A stretch of DNA of 64,000 nt from Andalucia godoyi And28 (Eukaryota > Protista > Jakobida), in NCBI GenBank assembly GCA_009859145.1, contig VRVR01000003.1:133315-197314 (forward strand), given 5' to 3'. The position numbers and the translations under genes are program-made. The first letter of the stretch is position 1. Each line of letters starts with the position of its first letter. This document shows positions 1 to 11,019 of this stretch, piece after piece. Below the pieces are notes generated by a model that worked only from the letters and a program-made list of their open reading frames with translations, ran no database searches and was not told the DNA's origin.

Positions 1-277
1 TTGCACGTTTGTGATTGCACACGATCCTTTGGGACTCGAAGTGTGTGCACTGTCGTCGAATACAATCAATCACGATACGGGAAAGTTCGAATGCACGCAT
101 CGTGACAACCGACCACAGATATCCAGGAACACGCACGATCCGAAACAACACGTGGTGCAGAGCGAGATTTTTTTCAGCAAAGGGCTTGCTTGGGGTGCTT
201 CTCCTTCTTCTTTCTCTGTTGTCTTTTTCTTCTTCTGCTGTCCTTTCTTCCTCTGCCTTTTTCTGCATTTCTGAAAA

Positions 278-748
278 TGGAGCGAGGAGATGAGCGAGTT
301 GCGCTTGAATCCGAGATTGCACAGCTGATCTTCAAGGACAATCGCTGCACTTCACACTTTGCCTACTCGGACACGAAGCCAGAGACCGTACGTGTGATTA
401 CGTACAATCCTCATCATGGTGGAGCGTCATTCCTTGTTGGGGTTTTCACTACGCTCACAGCCGCATTGGACTACGTTCGACAGTCGATCCGAAAAGACGA
501 GCTCAGCTACTCGGTCACGTGGGCAAAGAGAGGAAATCCCGAACCACACGTCTCCTATTTCTACGGGACGTCTCTCAAAGAAGTATGTTCATTTATTATT
601 ATTTTATTTTTTTTATTAAAAAATATTTATTTTATTCATTGTGTTTTGCGTGCGTGCGTGTGCTTCCCAGGTGGTGGACAAGTTTTACTTTGACAAGGAT
701 CCTCTGGATTTCATTGTTCGATCGGTAACTCTAAACCCGTCTTCCTGA
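278..748 (+). CDS. Hypothetical protein, two exons (278-582, 671-748)
   Basis: ATG at 278. GTATGT donor at 583, AT-rich intron, TTCCCAG acceptor ending 670. The spliced frame reads ...GTSLKE|VVDKFYFDKDPLDFIVRSVTLNPSS*. No family recognised. Confidence 0.65.
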
Positions 749-786
749 TTCCCCCGATATTATATACATAATAAGTAAATCTGTGG

Positions 787-1758
787 TTACTCGTCATCAC
801 CATCGTTTTCGTTTTTTTCGTCGTTTTCGTCGTCTTCGGCGCTGTCAGCGTTGCTGTTGTTGTTGCTGCTGTTTTCGTTATCGGAGGAGGAATGGTAATT
901 CTCAAACAGTGAACGCAGTCCTTCCGAGACCTTCGGTTGAGACTCCAGACGCGGCTTCTTGGATTTCAGTTGCATCGCCAGTTGTGCAATTCTGCTGCTT
1001 CCCAACGGCCGTTTCTTACTCTCGGCCGCCGGCTCTACGACGCCAGCATCCAGAAGTCGTCTCTCAGTCTGTTCGTTTGCATGACCATCATGACCATCGT
1101 CTACTATACTACCATCTGACTCCAAAACCTCTTCAAACACAGGTGGATAACCATGCATGTGTTCACGTGCACGGTCATCCACGTTACCATCATCGCGGTT
1201 TCCGGCATGCACAGCCCGAATGCTTGAGAGTAAGTCTTTCTGCGAGACCGTGTTTCTGCACTCCATCTGACTTTGAAGTGCATCAATCGCTTGTTTCGCC
1301 TCCATTTCAGCCTTGTTCTCCGCAGTACGGGCTTCAAGCAGCTTAAGCGGATCACTTTCCAAGGACTCCTTTTCATCCTTGACCTTTGCTTTGCGGTCTG
1401 CTTCTTCCTTCAGCAGCGAATACAGTCTCTTGCAACCGTTCTCCGCAGCATAGTCAAAATGCTCGGGATCCGTTCGAATGGTAAATTCCGCAGCACACAT
1501 TGGACACTTCATATAGAACCGCAGAACCGTGATGGATCCAAGATACTTTTCGCCCTGCACAGCCTCCTTCCGAGCATTGAACTTTGTGTCGGATTTTATT
1601 ATCTCGCCGCACGTGCTGCACTGCACATTGATCGGCAACATCATACGGATCTTCACTTGCCGCGGACCCGAACTCACATCTTTGGCCTTGCGTCGCGGAA
1701 CCTTGGATGGATCAAAATCAGGAGGATAATACTTTGAAAATACTTTGCGTTCCGACAT
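787..1758 (-). CDS. YJU2: Splicing factor YJU2/CWC16 (CCDC94 family)
   Basis: MSERKVFSKYYPPDFDPSK N-terminus, CxxC zinc knuckles (CSTC, CPMC), FTIRTDP motif, acidic tail. Confidence 0.93.
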   Translation of the reverse strand: MSERKVFSKYYPPDFDPSKVPRRKAKDVSSGPRQVKIRMMLPINVQCSTCGEIIKSDTKFNARKEAVQGEKYLGSITVLRFYMKCPMCAAEFTIRTDPEHFDYAAENGCKRLYSLLKEEADRKAKVKDEKESLESDPLKLLEARTAENKAEMEAKQAIDALQSQMECRNTVSQKDLLSSIRAVHAGNRDDGNVDDRAREHMHGYPPVFEEVLESDGSIVDDGHDGHANEQTERRLLDAGVVEPAAESKKRPLGSSRIAQLAMQLKSKKPRLESQPKVSEGLRSLFENYHSSSDNENSSNNNSNADSAEDDENDEKNENDGDDE

Positions 1759-2221
1759 GTCACACAACGAAGAACAGAAAGAACAGGACAGCTGAAGGAG
1801 AAAATAAAAGATGAGAAAAATACTCGTCAAGAAACATGCGTAAAAATGAAAGAAAGAAATATAGGAGTACCATCCTCCAACCCAAACCTCTCCCAAACAC
1901 TTGTCTCGACAGGCTGCGCCTCAAACAGATTTTTTTTGTTAAAAAAAATTGTGGCAAAAGTGACTTTTTACAGTCAGCATCAGCGCCCATCATCAATTAC
2001 AAGGAATCGATTGTCAATATTCGACAGTGTCTCTCAGTGGGCCTCGACCTGCACACCTTCAGCCATACTTTCCGATGATATTCACTGCCGTCCCACCAGA
2101 CGTTTGGGTTGGAAGGTTTATACACAGGAAGCCAAAAAAGAAAAAAAGTTTTCACACGGACAGTACCAACCGCTAGAACCAACAGTGTTATTGTTCCTCA
2201 CCGCTCGCCAAAACACGAATC

Positions 2222-2739
2222 ACTATTGATCATCAGCTAAGCTGTCACTGAAGACAGATTCAATTGAACCGACTCTACATCAAAGGGTCTTCGCAACCAA
2301 CGAATTCTCCAATCGATTCAACATCCAAAAAGGAACGTTGGAGGAAACAGAATGTGGTCGGCGAACGCCGCTTTTGTCTTTGCTCCTTCTTGTTCTCTGA
2401 CTTGAAAGCGCGAATTCCGAACGAAAATCGATCACATCGTCGTGATTTGATGATCATCCGCTTGTTCAGCAAGTTGCGACAAGAGGGAATCAACAGGTTT
2501 CTTGGTTCTCGGTATCTTCGGACATGGCCGGTTTGAGTTTGTTGGGAAGATCCCCTCTTTGGAGCCATGAGATGTTTTGTCTTTGATGAAAGGTGCTGCT
2601 TGAGGAAAGACAAATGGAAGATGTGATAGAATGAACGCACAAAAAAGTGAAAGAATGAAAAACATTCTAGACTTGACTACGGTAAGAAAATCGCATTGTT
2701 TGATGTTTCAATGCTGATACACAAAAGCAGTCAAACCGT
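2222..2739 (-). mobile_element. ~517 bp dispersed non-autonomous element, copy 1 (inverted, near-identical copy at 38810-39326)
   Basis: The three overlapping ORFs (121, 90 and 77 aa) translate identically at both loci on opposite strands. Manual comparison puts the shared ends at ACGGTT(T)GACTGC and GATGATCAATAGT; the flanks are unrelated. Confidence 0.9.
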
Positions 2740-3112
2740 GTTTTGTATTTTCCCCTTCTTTGATCACGCCCCCTTGGGTTGTTGTTGCCAGGGCAAAGAA
2801 TCCGTCCCATTGACTCTGAGAACTTTATAATTTTTCCTATTGGGAAAAAGGCCTCTGATTTGAGATTTTTTTTTTCCCGTTCGGACCTTCCTTCTTCGTT
2901 TGCTGTATCCTACGCTTTTCCTTTTCTCTTCTCCTTTTTTTTTTTGTTTTGTTTTGTTGTATATTTTTGATACCCGAAACTACGTTCTTCTTTTCGTTTC
3001 TTTCCTTCCCGCTCGCTTCCTCTTTTACTGCTTTGCTGAACTTTCTGCTTCTTGTTTCGCTTCTCTTCAGCGGGCGTGTCATTTTCGTCTTTCTCCTTGT
3101 TTTCGATTGGGA

Positions 3113-4204
3113 ATGTCTGGAGCACCTCCGACGCCTGCTGCTGGCGGAGAGCAGTCCAAGAAGCCAAAGGATTCGGCGTTTCGCCAGCAACGTCTTCCTG
3201 CATGGATGCCTGTGTTTTCACCTCGGTGGGTAATCGCAACGTTTTTCCTTGTTGGAATCGTGTTTATTCCGATCGGAATTGCAGTCCTTTTGACTTCGAA
3301 TGACATCAAGGAAGTGAGCGTCGAGTATCAACAACAGTGCTCGTCAGTCCGAGATAGAAAGCAAGGAAACTCGTCCTGGGCACCATGTTCTGTGACACTT
3401 GAATTTAGTGTTCCGGAGAAAATGAAGCAGCCGGTTTACCTCTACTACCAGCTGGATAACTTCTATCAGAACCACAGAAGATATGTGCAGTCACGCGACG
3501 ATCCGCAGCTTCGTGGAGACGAACGCTCGTATTCGCAGATCGAGAACTGCCAGCCTGTGCGTTCTGTGGGCGATCTTTCCGGGGATCCGTCGAGTTCGCT
3601 GGATAAAATCTTTTCGCCGTGCGGCTTGATTGCTTGGTCGATGTTCAACGATTCATTCACCATCACGCAATCCGGCAGCGCGTCTGCAATTTGCAACACG
3701 CAAGACAGCGCGAATACGCCGTGCACGGGCAGCGGGGTTGCGTGGTCCTCGGACAAGGATGTGAAGTTTGGGGCTGCGAATTCCGCCTACAAGTACCGAG
3801 CCGGAGGTGCTAATCCGTTCTATCCGAATGAGCCAACTCATGCCTTGCCCTCGCAGACCAACGAGGACTTTATGGTCTGGATGAGGACGGCTGCGCTTCC
3901 TACTTTCCGAAAGCTGTACAGAATCATCAAGACGGATGTGGATTCTGGAAAGTACACGCTATCGATCACCGATAACTTCCCGGTCCAGGAGTTCAGTGGG
4001 AAGAAGTACATGGTGCTGAGCACTGCTGCGTGGATCGGCGGAAAGAATCCGTTTCTTGGTATTGCGTACCTTGTCGTCGGTTCGCTGTCAATGCTCTTTG
4101 GGATCGTCTTTGGAATCAAGGAGGTGATTGCGCCGAGAAAGGAGGAGGATCTGAGACACTTGCTCGAATCGCACTTTGCAGCCGCATCACCCATCTCCGA
4201 GTAG
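3113..4204 (+). CDS. CDC50: CDC50/LEM3 family P4-ATPase flippase beta subunit
   Basis: FRQQRLPAW, YYQLDNFYQNHRRYVQSR, PCGLIAWSMFND, NEDFMVWMRTAALPTFRKLY and GGKNPFLGIAY motifs; two TM segments. Confidence 0.96.
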   Translation: MSGAPPTPAAGGEQSKKPKDSAFRQQRLPAWMPVFSPRWVIATFFLVGIVFIPIGIAVLLTSNDIKEVSVEYQQQCSSVRDRKQGNSSWAPCSVTLEFSVPEKMKQPVYLYYQLDNFYQNHRRYVQSRDDPQLRGDERSYSQIENCQPVRSVGDLSGDPSSSLDKIFSPCGLIAWSMFNDSFTITQSGSASAICNTQDSANTPCTGSGVAWSSDKDVKFGAANSAYKYRAGGANPFYPNEPTHALPSQTNEDFMVWMRTAALPTFRKLYRIIKTDVDSGKYTLSITDNFPVQEFSGKKYMVLSTAAWIGGKNPFLGIAYLVVGSLSMLFGIVFGIKEVIAPRKEEDLRHLLESHFAAASPISE

Positions 4205-4841
4205 GCGTCTTGAGGATGGTATTTTTTTGAATGGTCTGCGATGATGTACGTTGCGTCCTTGCGGTTGTCTCTCCTATTGCTGCTCCTGTTGCCGTTATTA
4301 TTTGTTGAATGGTTCTCATTGTTGTTTTGTCGATGGTCCGGTACGATCATTGCCGTGTCTTTGTGGTGTGTGGGTCATCTGTGGAATTCTGTTGCATCGA
4401 ATCCCTTGCACTTGTACATTCTCGAATTAGTGGGTAAAAAGTGTTATGTTTTCCAAGTGCGAAACACCTTGCAATCTCTTCCTCCGCTTGCAGCTTTCTG
4501 TGAACTGTGTGTCATCCATCACCCGATCGTTCTCCAACTTTCCGAGTCTCGGAAAAGTGAACAAATCCCATCCCGTCTGCTGTATTCGTCCATTTGCCGG
4601 GCTATTTGGGCACTTCTGTCCTTTGAGTCCCACCAACCAAGCACCACGAGAAAAGGCATGGCGCACAGTCCAAACACTGTCTTTCTATTCCATATTTTCT
4701 TTCTTTCTTACTTTCTTACTTTCTCTTTCTTTCCTTCTTTCTGTCTTTCTTCCTTCTCCCCTTTTCTTTCTCCAGCTTTCCACACCATCTTCAAATTCCC
4801 ATTTTTCAATCTTGATTTTCTGCCGCCTGTCCACGAAAAAA

Positions 4842-7800
4842 ATGTCGGCAGGGAACACGGATCTTGCGGCAATACTTTCTCGAGTCTTCGCACCACTTGT
4901 TTTGGTTGTCGGGACCCCAGCAGCTGAGGCGCTGTGCTCGAGACTCCATGGTTGTACGCTGGTGGAGCTGTTTACTCGGCATCGACATGTTACGTTTGGC
5001 GACTCTCCGCTGATTTCGCCCCTCTCTTCATCGTCCATTAACCTTGCGCAAGCAACTGCCCAAGGTATTCTGCCTTCTCCGTCGCAGGCAAACATGGCTG
5101 CGCAGCCTGTGCAGCCAATTCCTCTTCCGACTGCTACCGCAGAGCCTTTTCGTTCGTTTACCCTCCGATACGCAGCTTTAAATGATACGATTGAGATTCC
5201 GCGAGAGGAAGTAGATAAGCAGCTCATCCAGACTCTGGCGGATGCGCAACCAAACTTTCAGTATGCCGACCCGGACGCCAATGCGTTTGGAATCACAGAC
5301 CCGACTGCCAGACAGCTTGCAGAAGGTGTGAATGCGGCATCTGTTGTCCTGCCTCAGTATGCGAGCAGTCATTTTGATGCGTTTTTCGAAGCGTACCTTG
5401 CGTCGTTTCGGGCCACCCCGGCAGACTCGCTGCTCCACCCGATTGCAGCCGTCGTTGCTTGTACGTCCTCGGACATTCCTTACGAAGCAACTCTTGACAA
5501 GTTGTTTTCAGCAGATCGCTGCCAAGACGTTTTAAAGTCATACAAGGCGAATCTGCTGCCAGTCATGAAGTTCCACTTGCTGCTGCATGATGACGACAAC
5601 GGCATGAGCCCTTTGACAGAAGCCTTTCAGGAAACGGAAATGGTGCTTTTCAAGAAGTATGCCGGAAAGTTTGCCTTGTGGTCTGAGTTTTCAAGAATGC
5701 CTGCTTCTGATTTCGCGGGATTTGCTCGTTTCTTTGCCCAAGAACATCTTTTTCCATTCCTTGGTTTGATGGCCCGCGAACTTACCCATCGGATAGCACA
5801 ATCCAAAAAGTCGATTGGTTCAAAGATATCGTCCTGGTTTTCGTCCAAGAAGAAAAGCAAGGAAGAGGAGCAAAGAGAAGAAGAGGAATCCCTATACGTT
5901 GCCAAGAGGTTTGGCGATATTTTGTTCTACCTTCGAGAATACGAGGCTGCATTGATCCATTATCGAAATGCACTGTCGGATGCCAAGAATAGTGAGCGAA
6001 TATATGCGTCTATCCAGGAATCCTGTTTGCTGAGTGCTACTTTGCTGTCTCTTGCGGTTGCTGCGGGTGGACATCCAGCAAGTGTCGCGGACAAGGACTT
6101 GCGCGGAGTGATTGACAATTCTCTCGATTCCTCTCTCCGGCACTACGAAAAAGCTGGTGCACCGCTTGCATATGCTCGTGTCCTTCTGCTCTGGGCGGCG
6201 TTTGCTTCGAAACGAGAGCCGCTGCGTGCGATAGAGGCATTTGCGCGTCTGGGAGCATTGAGCAATATTGGAAACCCGTCGCTGTATGCTGCGGTCTCTC
6301 TCGAGCAGGTTGCGCAGCTTATTCTTGTTGCATATGGGACGAGACAGCTTCGAAAAGCGACTCTGTATTTGGTGCTGGCAGGGTTCCGGTATGCACAAGT
6401 GTCATTGCGATTCCATGCTCTCCGATGCTATGTTTTTGCATATCGGGCGTTCTTTACAAGTCGCAGATGGCGCTTGGTGCGGGATCATTGTGATGCGACC
6501 ATGAGTCGACTGTATGCGTCTCTAGGACTTTATTGCGATGCGATTCGGACCTCTCATTATCTTACCGTGACCACCAGGGAAGAACGGTACTGGAGAGAGA
6601 TGGTAAGTGTCATTGATTCATTTTGCCGCGAGGGCGCTGATTCAAATGATTCTCGTGGTGAGATGCATATTCAAAAAAAGAATCAGCACGTTTACATCTT
6701 GCAAATGCAGCTACCGGGAATATCAGTTGAGTCTGTTCAATGCGTGCCGCTTCCGTGGTCGGAACCCATTGTCTTGCCCATGGGTGACGGTGCTTCCAAG
6801 AGCTATCTTGCCGAAGAAGACGCCTCGGTATTCCGCGAAATGCAGGGTGCGCTTTGGAACCGCTTTCGTCGATCGTCAAAGAATCAGCCCCAAAAGTACA
6901 ACATGCAACCATTCGGCATGATACCAGGGCTTTTCAAGGAAAGGGACAGCAAAGATCTTGCTGGTACCGCATCTGTGATCGCTGCTTCTGAGCCGATCTT
7001 TGTCTCGGTGCAGTTGAGTAATCCCTTGCCTTGTGAGTTACGCTTGACAAACGTTACGCTAATTGCATCTTACAAGGATGATCTGTTGCCCAAGAGATCG
7101 GGAAAGAAATTTTTTGATGAAACATCGGAAAAGGCTGTGGATCTTGATGTGTCGACATTGTCCTTGGTCGTTCTCCCATCCAACACCACGCTTATCGTAC
7201 GCATTCGAGTGGTTCCATCCCGGTCTGGTTTGATACATGTCAGTGGACTGCTGTATGGCATCGAAGGTTTGCCAGGTGCGCAGTTTCGGTGGATTTTCCA
7301 TCGTGAAGAGAAGCGCTTGTATTCAATTGCAAAGAGAAAGGAGGAGTTCAAGGAGGAGTCATCAACGTGGATCAGATCAGTGGAATCCCTTCCTCGTATA
7401 GAAATGGGATTTCCTTCTGCAGGAACGGAATCCGTTCTTCAACTGGGATACGGAGAAGTACGATCTATTCAGTTGACTCTTACCAATGCCGGTATGCATG
7501 CTGCCGGTTCGCTGTGGCTGCAACTCAGCCACCCCGAATGCCTGGACCTTGTTGCTTCATCAACTTCGAACGATGCGGGTGTGCTGAAAGAGGAAATTGC
7601 CGATGCAGATCCTTCCATGTTTGATCTGTCTCGCATCGGTGTATCCGGCATTGATCCTGGTCAAACGGTCTCTGTAAACTTGTCGCTGCGCGGTGCGCGA
7701 CATGGTCCAGTGCGGATTCGACTGTGCCTATTTTACGAGGCCGGACATCTGTCCGCCGGAGATGGTACACCGAGAATCCGCTACGCACATACCACTCTGA

Positions 7801-9893
7801 ATCTTCTCGTCGCAAACATGTTGAGCACGCACATCACGTGCGTTCCATCTGTTGTTTCACCAAAGACGTATACAATGCGGGTTGAATTTCGGAACGAGTC
7901 TGAAGACTTTGAACTCCGGATTCCTCGTCTCGCTCTGATCTCCCGCTCTTGGAGGCTCGCGAGGCTGGATCCCCCTGTCGACCACGTGACCATCAAGGCT
8001 GCGGATTCGGTGTCCATGTATTTCCTTGTTCAGCATGATGACGACCACTCGGACGCTGTGTTTACGCACCAGAATGTTTTTGCATTCGGCAGCCATGCTT
8101 CTGATGACTTTCTTCCGTGGAGACTGCTTCTCGCGGACTCTGCAGCCAAGCAGTTGTTGGCATCCGATTCTTCTCCGAAGGACTCGAAGGCTGGAACAAA
8201 CATGCCAGCGTTTCCTCCTCGCAAGAAAGCAAAGAAGCGATCGAGACCTTCCAGATATGCCTTTGAGGGTGTCTCTCTGTACCCGTTTTTGCGAAAGGAT
8301 TCGTTCTCGCTTGTTGTCTTTTTCGAAGTTCACCAACCGTCAACTGGGCTCATGTCTGAGTTTTTCTCAGCTGGAACTGCCCGCGAAGGGACATTGTTTC
8401 TGTTGGATGCACCATTGGTCCTGCGAATTCCGCCTCGCAAGATCCTGGTCCCGCTGCTGTCGATTGCCCCTTCTCCGTCAGAACCGATTGTGCTTTCGTC
8501 GCTTGATCTACGGTCTCCTCTGAAAATTTCTGTTCGCGCACCGAAGGATCCCAGATTTGGCCATGGAGCGAATTTCGATATTCCTATGCAGGTCGTAGTG
8601 TCGAATATCCATGCAGATCGGATGGAGTCCTTTCGCGTCTTCCTGCTTTCGTGCTTTCCTGCCGTCATTGAGCAAAGCGCAGTCCGCATTCGAAATCTTG
8701 TGCACAGAAGTGGGCCGCGATTCGTTTGGGTTGGTCCCACATCAAGATCATTCCGCGATCTTGCGCCATTTGCCTCTGTCTCCATGAGTGCGAAGGCGCG
8801 TGTCTTCAAGCCAGGTTATTACGACCTGAATGCAATTGTTGTGGAGTGGTATCCCGCTCTTGGAAAACGTTATGTTGCAAACGCTGATGATGAATTTGAA
8901 GTTCTGGATGACGACGATGACGACGATGACGAGAAAGCGAACACAAAACTGCCCTCTAATTCGGAGAGGGTATGGATTGTGATTCCGGCCGAGATGTGGA
9001 TCCGCGTTGACGAATGTCCGGCAAGCAATGGAGGTTCAGTGCCTGCTGACGATATGATCGACATCGACAATCTGGACAGCATCGAAGAAAACCTCGTGTT
9101 GGACAGCGTAGCTCTGCCGTCGTCAAATCGGAGCTCCGTGGTCTTGGAACACGTCAGTAATGCCATGTCCCCCGTTCACGCGATGCCTTCGGATCAGTTC
9201 CTGTCTGTGCATACTCCTCAAGCCCACAGTGCAGTAACCTCAAGGAGCCACTCTCCTGTGGGTTCTTCGTCGAGTTTTGAAGGAGATGACTCTGCGGGTG
9301 GTGCGCATCCCACTGAAATGGTGGAAGAAATGATTGTCCTCGATCCGTCTGCCAGAACGGAGAATTTGGAAGATCCGTTTTCGGTGCACGGCTCTTTTGA
9401 AAATGAGTCTTCTCAGCAACCACCAGCTGCTGCAGACGGTTTCGATTTGTCCTCCGGGCATGCAGCCTCCCAGCCGTCGATTGAAGTTTCGGTTCCTTTC
9501 GGATCAGAGAGCCAAGTTTCCGAGTCGGTGCGTGTCTTGGGAGAGCACGATAGCCCGCACAGTTCTGAGCACGTCGTTTCCGATGATTTCTTTTTTGCTT
9601 CGAATGTTCCGGAACCGAGTCCATCGTCGATGAGTTCCCCTGCCCCAGCCTCGAGTGCACTTTCGGATGGTTTGTTTTCTGGGAAGCAGCCACGGAAGTC
9701 GTCCTCTATGCCTGTTGCGTTTGATACCTTGAGCAACGATGACCCCTTTGCTTCTTTTCAGCAACCTGTGCAGCAAACACCCGCTCCCGCGGCCCAAGGA
9801 ACATCGGCATCACTCTCCATTGATGACCTTCTCGGTGCCACAACTCCTCCCGCAAACAAGTCGAGCAACTCTGTGGATGACTTTCTGTTCTAA
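4842..9893 (+). CDS. TRAPPC8: TRAPP III subunit TRAPPC8/Trs85
   Basis: KRFGDILFYLREY, RKATLYLVLAGFRY...HALRCY and EPIFVSVQLSNPL motifs; long low-complexity C-terminal tail. Confidence 0.85.
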   Translation: MSAGNTDLAAILSRVFAPLVLVVGTPAAEALCSRLHGCTLVELFTRHRHVTFGDSPLISPLSSSSINLAQATAQGILPSPSQANMAAQPVQPIPLPTATAEPFRSFTLRYAALNDTIEIPREEVDKQLIQTLADAQPNFQYADPDANAFGITDPTARQLAEGVNAASVVLPQYASSHFDAFFEAYLASFRATPADSLLHPIAAVVACTSSDIPYEATLDKLFSADRCQDVLKSYKANLLPVMKFHLLLHDDDNGMSPLTEAFQETEMVLFKKYAGKFALWSEFSRMPASDFAGFARFFAQEHLFPFLGLMARELTHRIAQSKKSIGSKISSWFSSKKKSKEEEQREEEESLYVAKRFGDILFYLREYEAALIHYRNALSDAKNSERIYASIQESCLLSATLLSLAVAAGGHPASVADKDLRGVIDNSLDSSLRHYEKAGAPLAYARVLLLWAAFASKREPLRAIEAFARLGALSNIGNPSLYAAVSLEQVAQLILVAYGTRQLRKATLYLVLAGFRYAQVSLRFHALRCYVFAYRAFFTSRRWRLVRDHCDATMSRLYASLGLYCDAIRTSHYLTVTTREERYWREMVSVIDSFCREGADSNDSRGEMHIQKKNQHVYILQMQLPGISVESVQCVPLPWSEPIVLPMGDGASKSYLAEEDASVFREMQGALWNRFRRSSKNQPQKYNMQPFGMIPGLFKERDSKDLAGTASVIAASEPIFVSVQLSNPLPCELRLTNVTLIASYKDDLLPKRSGKKFFDETSEKAVDLDVSTLSLVVLPSNTTLIVRIRVVPSRSGLIHVSGLLYGIEGLPGAQFRWIFHREEKRLYSIAKRKEEFKEESSTWIRSVESLPRIEMGFPSAGTESVLQLGYGEVRSIQLTLTNAGMHAAGSLWLQLSHPECLDLVASSTSNDAGVLKEEIADADPSMFDLSRIGVSGIDPGQTVSVNLSLRGARHGPVRIRLCLFYEAGHLSAGDGTPRIRYAHTTLNLLVANMLSTHITCVPSVVSPKTYTMRVEFRNESEDFELRIPRLALISRSWRLARLDPPVDHVTIKAADSVSMYFLVQHDDDHSDAVFTHQNVFAFGSHASDDFLPWRLLLADSAAKQLLASDSSPKDSKAGTNMPAFPPRKKAKKRSRPSRYAFEGVSLYPFLRKDSFSLVVFFEVHQPSTGLMSEFFSAGTAREGTLFLLDAPLVLRIPPRKILVPLLSIAPSPSEPIVLSSLDLRSPLKISVRAPKDPRFGHGANFDIPMQVVVSNIHADRMESFRVFLLSCFPAVIEQSAVRIRNLVHRSGPRFVWVGPTSRSFRDLAPFASVSMSAKARVFKPGYYDLNAIVVEWYPALGKRYVANADDEFEVLDDDDDDDDEKANTKLPSNSERVWIVIPAEMWIRVDECPASNGGSVPADDMIDIDNLDSIEENLVLDSVALPSSNRSSVVLEHVSNAMSPVHAMPSDQFLSVHTPQAHSAVTSRSHSPVGSSSSFEGDDSAGGAHPTEMVEEMIVLDPSARTENLEDPFSVHGSFENESSQQPPAAADGFDLSSGHAASQPSIEVSVPFGSESQVSESVRVLGEHDSPHSSEHVVSDDFFFASNVPEPSPSSMSSPAPASSALSDGLFSGKQPRKSSSMPVAFDTLSNDDPFASFQQPVQQTPAPAAQGTSASLSIDDLLGATTPPANKSSNSVDDFLF

Positions 9894-10041
9894 TTTACAA
9901 CAATAATAATAATAATAATAATTAATTAATTAAATTTTAAAAAAACAATAATTAAAATAGCAATAAAACATAATATTGAGTAAGCAGTCTTTTCACAAGG
10001 CTTGCTCCATTCCATTGCAATTTATAAATGGAAAGGACATT

Positions 10042-11019
10042 TCATCCCAATAATGCCATGGCTGCAGACTCCAGGTTTCCATTTGCATTCTGAAGCGCAG
10101 TCCGGGCCTGGCCTGGAGGAAATCCCATGCTGACCAAGGTCTGTACATCTTCTTCTCGAATCGCCACCGGCGGGCGCGGAGCTGCTGCCACCGGCTGGGC
10201 AGCAGAGAACTGCGACGCTCTTCCAGCAGACGCTAGCCCGCCATTTGGATTCGGCATTGGTACATTGTTCGCAGCATTGCTCGCAGCATTGTTCGCAGCA
10301 TTGTTCGCAGCATTGTTCGCAGCATTGTTCGCAGCATTGTTCGCAGCATTGTTCGCGGGTCCGTTTGTGAAACGACCTCGGGTAGACGAGGTGTACACAA
10401 ATCGAGTGGTCTGCCGACGGGGGAACAGCCACATTGGAAGCATCCAAGATCGGAACAAGAGCATATCTGACGAGTAAAGAACACCTGCGAGAATACCGCC
10501 GAGCGCCGCCCAGACCGAGCCTGAAAGTCCGAGAAAAACGAGTTGAAATGCAAGTAAATTAACAAACACCTTTTCTCCAAAAGAAATGCTGGCAACGTAC
10601 ACATGCAATGCCTGCGGAACCTGAACTGAGTACTGGTACAGCAATGCAAACACAATGGCATACGGGCCGCTTCCAACCCAACTGGACAAGACAGTGACAC
10701 AAGCAGCATCAATTAAACTCCCGAGAATCCAGCAGACCAGACAATACGTCGCAAATTTTTGAGATCCCCATTGGCGCTCCAATAATCGGAACAAATACAA
10801 AAGCATGGATCCAAAAAGAAGCTCAGCCTCGCTAAGGAATGCAAGCGAGTGTGTGAAAATCCTAAAAAGCTGCCCTGAGGACGAATGAGACAGCAGAAAG
10901 AACTTTTTGAAGTTCGCAGAAGATATCACGATCGACAATGTGATGGTCGAAAGCAGCAGCAACTTTGAAACAGGCGCATTTTTAAATCCAGAAGGTCCCG
11001 AGAAGATCATCTGAACCAT
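10042..11019 (-). CDS. UBAC2: Rhomboid-like pseudoprotease with C-terminal UBA (UBAC2/Dsc2-like)
   Basis: SGFKNAPVSK start, FRLLERQWGSQKF, SGPYAIVFA, UBA domain (VQTLVSMGFPPGQARTALQNANGNLESA). Confidence 0.85.
   Translation of the reverse strand: MVQMIFSGPSGFKNAPVSKLLLLSTITLSIVISSANFKKFFLLSHSSSGQLFRIFTHSLAFLSEAELLFGSMLLYLFRLLERQWGSQKFATYCLVCWILGSLIDAACVTVLSSWVGSGPYAIVFALLYQYSVQVPQALHVYVASISFGEKVFVNLLAFQLVFLGLSGSVWAALGGILAGVLYSSDMLLFRSWMLPMWLFPRRQTTRFVYTSSTRGRFTNGPANNAANNAANNAANNAANNAANNAASNAANNVPMPNPNGGLASAGRASQFSAAQPVAAAPRPPVAIREEDVQTLVSMGFPPGQARTALQNANGNLESAAMALLG
10264..10355 (-). repeat. 12-bp coding tandem repeat (GCAGCATTGTTC)n encoding NNAA repeats
   Basis: Directly visible in the linker of the UBAC2-like gene. 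Confidence 0.9.
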
